From IMG/VR virus record IMGVR_UViG_2909303794_000004: a stretch of DNA of 52,859 nucleotides; one strand, written 5' to 3'. The translations under genes and the position numbers were made by a program. Shown here one piece after another: positions 48,017 through 52,859 of this stretch. The notes under the pieces were generated by a model, which did not search any database, was not told the DNA's origin, and saw only the letters and a program-made list of their open reading frames with translations. The first letter of the stretch is position 1, and each line of letters starts with the position of its first letter. Source of the stretch: a virus. Taxonomy: Duplodnaviria > Heunggongvirae > Uroviricota > Caudoviricetes.

Positions 48017-51000
48017 GTGAATATGGCAGTAAAGATTTCAGGTGTACTGAAAGACGGCACAGGAAAACCGGTACAGAACTGCACAATCCAGCTGAAAGCA
48101 AAACGTAACAGCACCACGGTGGTGGTGAACACGCTGGCCTCAGAAAATCCGGATGAGGCCGGGCGTTACAGCATGGACGTTGAGTACGGTCAGTATAGCG
48201 TTATTCTGTTGGTGGAAGGATTCCCGCCGTCACATGCCGGGACCATCACCGTGTATGAAGATTCCCGACCCGGTACGCTGAATGATTTTCTCGGTGCCAT
48301 GACGGAGGATGATGCCCGTCCGGAGGCTCTGCGCCGTTTTGAACTGATGGTGGAAGAGGTGGCGCGTAACGCGTCCGCGGTGGCACAGAACACGGCAGCC
48401 GCGAAGAAGTCAGCCAGTGATGCCGGCACATCTGCCAGTGAGGCGGCAACCCATGCGACTGATGCTGCAGGCTCAGCGCGTGCAGCCAGCACGTCAGCCG
48501 GACAGGCCGCGACGTCGGCTCAGGAGGCGTCTTCCAGCGCAGGAACAGCATCAACAAAGGCCACAGAAGCATCAAAAAGTGCTGCCGCTGCAGAGTCCTC
48601 AAAAAGCGCGGCGGCCACCAGTGCCGGTGCCGCGAAAACGTCAGAAACGAATGCTGCAGCGTCACAAAAATCAGCAGCCACTTCTGCATCCACTGCGACG
48701 ACGAAAGCGTCAGAAGCCGCCACTTCAGCCAGAGATGCGGCGGCCTCCAAAGAGGCGGCAAAATCATCAGAAACGAACGCCTCCACAAGCGCCAGCAGTG
48801 CAGCCTCCTCGGCAACGGCGGCAGGAAATTCCGTGAAGGCGGCAAAAACGTCCGAGACGAATGCTAAGTCTTCTGAAACGGCAGCGGAACAGAGCGCCTC
48901 AGCTGCGGCAGACTCTGAGACAGCAGCTGCATCATCGGCCCGTGAGGCGTCCATTAAGGCAGAGGAGGCAGCAGTCAGTGCCACCGCCGCCGGAAAATCG
49001 GCAGAAAGCGCCGCATCATCCGCTTCAACAGCCACAACGAAGGCTGGCGAAGCCACTGAACAGGCCAGCGCAGCAGCGAGGTCTGCTTCCGCAGCGAAGA
49101 CATCCGAAACGAACGCGAAAGCGTCGGAAACCAGCGCAGAATCCTCAAAAACGGCTGCCGCATCGTCCGCCAGTTCGGCGGCGTCATCGGCATCATCTGC
49201 GTCTGCTTCAAAAGATGAGGCGACCAGACAGGCGTCAGCAGCGAAGGGTAGCGCCACGACGGCATCCACGAAGGCGACAGAGGCAGCTGGCAGTGCGACG
49301 GCAGCAGCTCAGAGCAAAAGTACGGCGGAATCTGCAGCAACGCGCGCTGAGACAGCGGCAAAACGGGCAGAGGATATTGCATCCGCCGTGGCGCTTGAGG
49401 ATGCGAGCACGACGAAAAAGGGGATAGTACAGCTCAGCAGTGCGACCAACAGCACTTCCGAGTCACTGGCGGCAACGCCAAAAGCCGTTAAGGCCGCGTA
49501 TGACCTGGCTAACGGGAAATACACCGCACAGGATGCAACGACAGCACAGAAAGGGATAATCCAGCTAAGCAGCGCGACCAACAGCACGTCTGAAACGCTG
49601 GCGGCAACGCCAAAGGCAGTAAAAGCAGCCAATGACAATGCTGAGAAACGTCTGCAGAAAGATCAGAACGGTGCGGATATCCCTGGCAAAGACACCTTTA
49701 CGAAAAATATTGGTGCCTGCCGTGCCTTCGGTGGGTCAGTAAGCACAACAACAGGAAACTGGACGACTGCACAGTTTATCGAGTGGCTGGATTCTCAGGG
49801 AGCATTTAACCATCCATACTGGATGTGCAAGGGTTCCTGGTCTTATGGCAATAATAAAATCATTACTGATACTGGCTGCGGTAATATTCATCTCGCCGGA
49901 GCTGTCATTGAAGTAATGGGGATAAAGTCAGCGATGACGATCCGCATTACCACACCGACCACCTCCACTGGTGGTGGAACAACTAACGCCCAGTTTACCT
50001 ATATTAATCACGGAACAGATTATTCACCTGGCTGGCGAAGGGACTATAACTCCAGAAATAAGCCAACGGCATCAGAGATCGGGGCGTTACCGTCAGGTGG
50101 AACAGCAGTATCATCAGTTAATCTGTCTTCAAAAGGTCGGGTAACCGCGCTGACAGACAATACGCAGGGGGCAACAGGTCTTGAGTTATACGAGGTGTAT
50201 AACAACGGATATCCAACAGCGTATGGAAATATCATTCACCTGAAAGGGATGACAGCCGTTGGCGAAGGTGAGTTACTCATCGGCTGGAGTGGTACAAGCG
50301 GTGCTCATGCTCCGGCATTTATTCGTTCACGACGGGATACGACCGACGCAAACTGGTCGCCGTGGGCGCAGCTTTACACCTCGGCTCATCCTCCTGCAGA
50401 GTTTTATCCAGTCGGTGCACCAATCCCGTGGCCATCAGATACCGTTCCGTCTGGTTATGTCCTGATGCAGGGGCAGACTTTTGACAAATCTGCTTACCCG
50501 AAACTTGCAGCCGCTTATCCGTCAGGCGTGATCCCTGATATGCGTGGCTGGACGATTAAGGGCAAGCCCGCCAGTGATCGAGCCGTATTGTCTCAGGAAC
50601 AGGACGGCATTAAATCACACACCCACAGCGCCAGCGTATCCAGTACGGATTTGGGGACGAAAACCACATCGTCGTTTGATTACGGCACTAAATCCACGAA
50701 TAACACTGGTGCGCATACCCATAGTGTTAGCGGTACGGCTGCTTCAGCCGGTGCACATACCCATTCGATGACATTTGTTTCAGGTGGTTCCAGTGGTGCT
50801 CCGGGAAGTGGATCACCTGATTATTCTAAATACAGTGTTAACACTTCTTCTGCAGGCGCTCATACGCACTCTGTATCGGGTACTGCTGCAAGCGCAGGTG
50901 CACACGCACATACTGTCGGTATTGGTGCTCATACGCACTCCGTTGCGATTGGTTCACATGGACATACCATCACCGTTAACGCTGCTGGTAACGCGGAAAA

Positions 51001-51046
51001 CACCGTCAAAAACATCGCATTTAACTATATTGTGAGGCTTGCATAA
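48017..51046 (+). CDS. stf: side tail fibre protein Stf (1009 aa)
   Basis: N-terminus [26 protein letters not shown]… resembles lambda Stf; long Ala/Ser/Thr-rich repeats; C-terminal HxH-rich motifs ([17 protein letters not shown]…). Confidence 0.9.
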   Translation: MNMAVKISGVLKDGTGKPVQNCTIQLKAKRNSTTVVVNTLASENPDEAGRYSMDVEYGQYSVILLVEGFPPSHAGTITVYEDSRPGTLNDFLGAMTEDDARPEALRRFELMVEEVARNASAVAQNTAAAKKSASDAGTSASEAATHATDAAGSARAASTSAGQAATSAQEASSSAGTASTKATEASKSAAAAESSKSAAATSAGAAKTSETNAAASQKSAATSASTATTKASEAATSARDAAASKEAAKSSETNASTSASSAASSATAAGNSVKAAKTSETNAKSSETAAEQSASAAADSETAAASSAREASIKAEEAAVSATAAGKSAESAASSASTATTKAGEATEQASAAARSASAAKTSETNAKASETSAESSKTAAASSASSAASSASSASASKDEATRQASAAKGSATTASTKATEAAGSATAAAQSKSTAESAATRAETAAKRAEDIASAVALEDASTTKKGIVQLSSATNSTSESLAATPKAVKAAYDLANGKYTAQDATTAQKGIIQLSSATNSTSETLAATPKAVKAANDNAEKRLQKDQNGADIPGKDTFTKNIGACRAFGGSVSTTTGNWTTAQFIEWLDSQGAFNHPYWMCKGSWSYGNNKIITDTGCGNIHLAGAVIEVMGIKSAMTIRITTPTTSTGGGTTNAQFTYINHGTDYSPGWRRDYNSRNKPTASEIGALPSGGTAVSSVNLSSKGRVTALTDNTQGATGLELYEVYNNGYPTAYGNIIHLKGMTAVGEGELLIGWSGTSGAHAPAFIRSRRDTTDANWSPWAQLYTSAHPPAEFYPVGAPIPWPSDTVPSGYVLMQGQTFDKSAYPKLAAAYPSGVIPDMRGWTIKGKPASDRAVLSQEQDGIKSHTHSASVSSTDLGTKTTSSFDYGTKSTNNTGAHTHSVSGTAASAGAHTHSMTFVSGGSSGAPGSGSPDYSKYSVNTSSAGAHTHSVSGTAASAGAHAHTVGIGAHTHSVAIGSHGHTITVNAAGNAENTVKNIAFNYIVRLA

Positions 51047-51621
51047 TGGCATTCAGAATGAGTGAACAACCACGGACCATAAAAATTTATAATCTGCTGG
51101 CCGGAACTAATGAATTTATTGGTGAAGGTGACGCATATATTCCGCCTCATACAGGTCTGCCAGCAAACAGTATCGATATTGCACCGCCAGATATTCCGGC
51201 AGGCTTCGTGGCTGTTTTCAACAGTGATGAGGCATCGTGGCATCTCGTTGAAGATCATCGGGGTAAAACGGTTTATGACGTGGCTTCCGGCGACGCGTTA
51301 TTTATTTCTGAACTCGGTCCGTTACCGGAAAATGTTACCTGGTTATCGCCGGGAGGGGAATATCAGAAGTGGAACGGCACAGCCTGGGTGAAGGATACGG
51401 AAGCAGAAAAACTGTTCCGGATCCGGGAGGCGGAAGAAACAAAAAACAGCCTGATGCAGGTAGCCAGTGAGCATATTGCGCCGCTTCAGGATGCTGCAGA
51501 TCTGGAAATTGCAACGGAGGAAGAAATCTCGTTGCTGGAAGCATGGAAAAAGTATCGGGTATTGCTGAACCGTGTTGATACGTCAACTGCACAGGATATT
51601 GAATGGCCAGCACTGCCGTAG
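51046..51621 (+). CDS. tfa: tail fibre assembly protein Tfa (191 aa)
   Basis: start overlaps the stf stop; size and position as lambda tfa. Confidence 0.85.
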   Translation: MAFRMSEQPRTIKIYNLLAGTNEFIGEGDAYIPPHTGLPANSIDIAPPDIPAGFVAVFNSDEASWHLVEDHRGKTVYDVASGDALFISELGPLPENVTWLSPGGEYQKWNGTAWVKDTEAEKLFRIREAEETKNSLMQVASEHIAPLQDAADLEIATEEEISLLEAWKKYRVLLNRVDTSTAQDIEWPALP

Positions 51622-51718
51622 GGTAAAACATATAAATTCTATAATTAGATGTATCTTTCCATTTACGGCAAGGAAGGTGGCTTGGAAGACGTAAAGCATC
51701 TCACACCGAGATTATTTT

Positions 51719-52309
51719 TTATATGTCAGGTGTCTGAAGTTTTGCTTTGGCTCTTAAAATGGTTTGCCGCGAGGTTTTGAATTCCCGGGCAATGGCACTT
51801 ATACTTACACCTGACTTAATTCGTTCGAATACCACCTGTTTCTGTTCTTCATTTAACACAGGTGGTCGACCAAAACGTTTCCCTGCGCCCCGGGCTCTTA
51901 CTATCCCGGAATGAGTGCGTTCAAGTAAAAGGTCTCGTTCAAATTCAGCGACTGCTGAAATTACTTGCATCATCATTTTTCCTGTTGGACTGGTCAGGTC
52001 AATGCCCCCCAATGCTAAGCAATGCACTCTGATACCTGTTTCGGTCAGTTGTTCCACTGTTTTCCTGATATCCATTGCATTACAACCAAGGCGATCCAGT
52101 TTTGTCACAATCAATTGATCACCACATTTCAGGCGAGCAAGCAACCGGTTAAAACCAGGACGCTCACTGGTTGCTGCTGAGCCGCTAATGTGTTCTTCGA
52201 TTATTTGCTGAGGTTTGATTTTAAAACCTGCACTTTCGATTTCCCGGCGTTGATTTTCGGTGGTCTGATCCAGCGTTGATATCCGACAGTAAGCAAAAAT
52301 TCGAGACAT
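51719..52309 (-). CDS. pin: serine recombinase, DNA invertase (Pin/Hin/Gin family, 196 aa)
   Basis: [20 protein letters not shown]… with catalytic-Ser context (CRISTLDQ) and C-terminal HTH; K-12 pinQ position. Confidence 0.9.
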
Positions 52310-52625
52310 AGTGAGACTCTATACGAAATTGGTGTTCATATCATAATGCATCTCAGAAAATAATTTTGATTATTTTTGTGCATATTTGTATGTACACGTT
52401 CGAAAATAAACGAATGCGTATGCAACCCCGTAATTTTGGTGAGACCCAAAATCGATTTTGTGAAAAATGGCTTTAACTCGGTTTGTTTTTCGAGTTCCGG
52501 GCGGACTCAAGGAAGAAGAATAGTGTTGCGTGTTATTTTAACCAGATTTCAAGTTGTTTGGTCGTGGAAAAGTGGAGCAAAATGTTGTTAAAGTGGAAAA
52601 ATGATAAAAAAGTAAGTTTATTATA

Positions 52626-52859
52626 TTACATTTTACCATTTAAATTTTGGTTGTCTTTAAGAACTGATATCGCTGTTTGTAATAATTCTTTGTTATCCAG
52701 CCATGATTTTTTCTTTATGTTTCCTTCAATGTAATCAAGCAATGTTCTGGTATTGATAGGTCTTCCCTGTTTTGCTACTTCCACTACAGCATCCCCTAGG
52801 ATAATTCTTACTTCAGGAAGCTGCGCAGGGAACCACTTTAGGGTGTCTTTTGATTTCAT
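52626..52859 (-). CDS. ydfK: YdfK/YnaE-family small cold-shock-induced protein (77 aa)
   Basis: MKSKDTLKWFPAQLPEVRIILGDAVVEVAKQGRPINTRTLLDYIEGNIKK… ; the ATG is the last three bases of the window. Confidence 0.7.
   Translation of the reverse strand: MKSKDTLKWFPAQLPEVRIILGDAVVEVAKQGRPINTRTLLDYIEGNIKKKSWLDNKELLQTAISVLKDNQNLNGKM

Noticed and set aside
48190-49638. Several 100-250-aa ORFs in both orientations inside stf
   Set aside because: Produced by the Ala-rich repeat array (GCN codons keep all frames open); translations are low-complexity; stf occupies the sense frame.
52433-52452. Palindrome ATTTTGGTGAGACCCAAAAT upstream of pin as a hix/gix-type inversion site
   Set aside because: Half-site polarity is opposite to known Hin/Gin/Pin sites and no inverted partner is present in the window.

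Overview
The window is almost entirely one lambdoid prophage, read from its integrase end (left) towards its tail-fibre/invertase end (right). Gene order and many protein sequences match, from memory, the E. coli Qin-type cryptic prophage (dicA/dicC immunity, DicF-dicB-ydfD, flxA, relBE-hokD, rem, ydfU, Q, cspF/cspB, holin-ydfR-endolysin-Rz/Rz1, cspI, gnsB, ydfO, ynfO, terminase, stf/tfa, pin, ydfK), but here the replication gene and the complete lambda-like packaging, head and tail modules are still present. Layout: int-xis-exonuclease; leftward dicB operon; dicA/dicC switch with paired operators; replication initiator with internal iterons; Q plus candidate late promoter and terminator; pinholin/SAR-endolysin/spanin lysis cassette; cos; terminase, portal, protease-capsid fusion, lambda-like tail genes Z-U-V-G-T-H-M-L-K-I-J; lom; stf-tfa; pin invertase. 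Four IS insertions with verifiable ends are superimposed: an IS629-like element truncating a DNA methyltransferase gene (no matching target duplication), ISEc8-like in flxA (8-bp duplication), a second divergent IS629-like copy in the endolysin gene (3-bp duplication) and IS1 in tail gene J (9-bp duplication). A fifth, IS481-like transposase has unresolved ends. The prophage therefore looks grounded for lysis and adsorption while still carrying intact cargo (toxin-antitoxin loci, DicF/DicB, cold-shock paralogues, Lom). I did not find a clearly new multi-gene system; the least explained loci are a decayed island with a small membrane ORF (10155-11850), a 92-aa ORF coupled to ydfU, the large exonuclease fusion, and small zinc-ribbon ORFs beside csp genes. 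All homology statements are from memory and motif reading, with no database search; coordinates of CDS include the stop codon, as in the ORF track.
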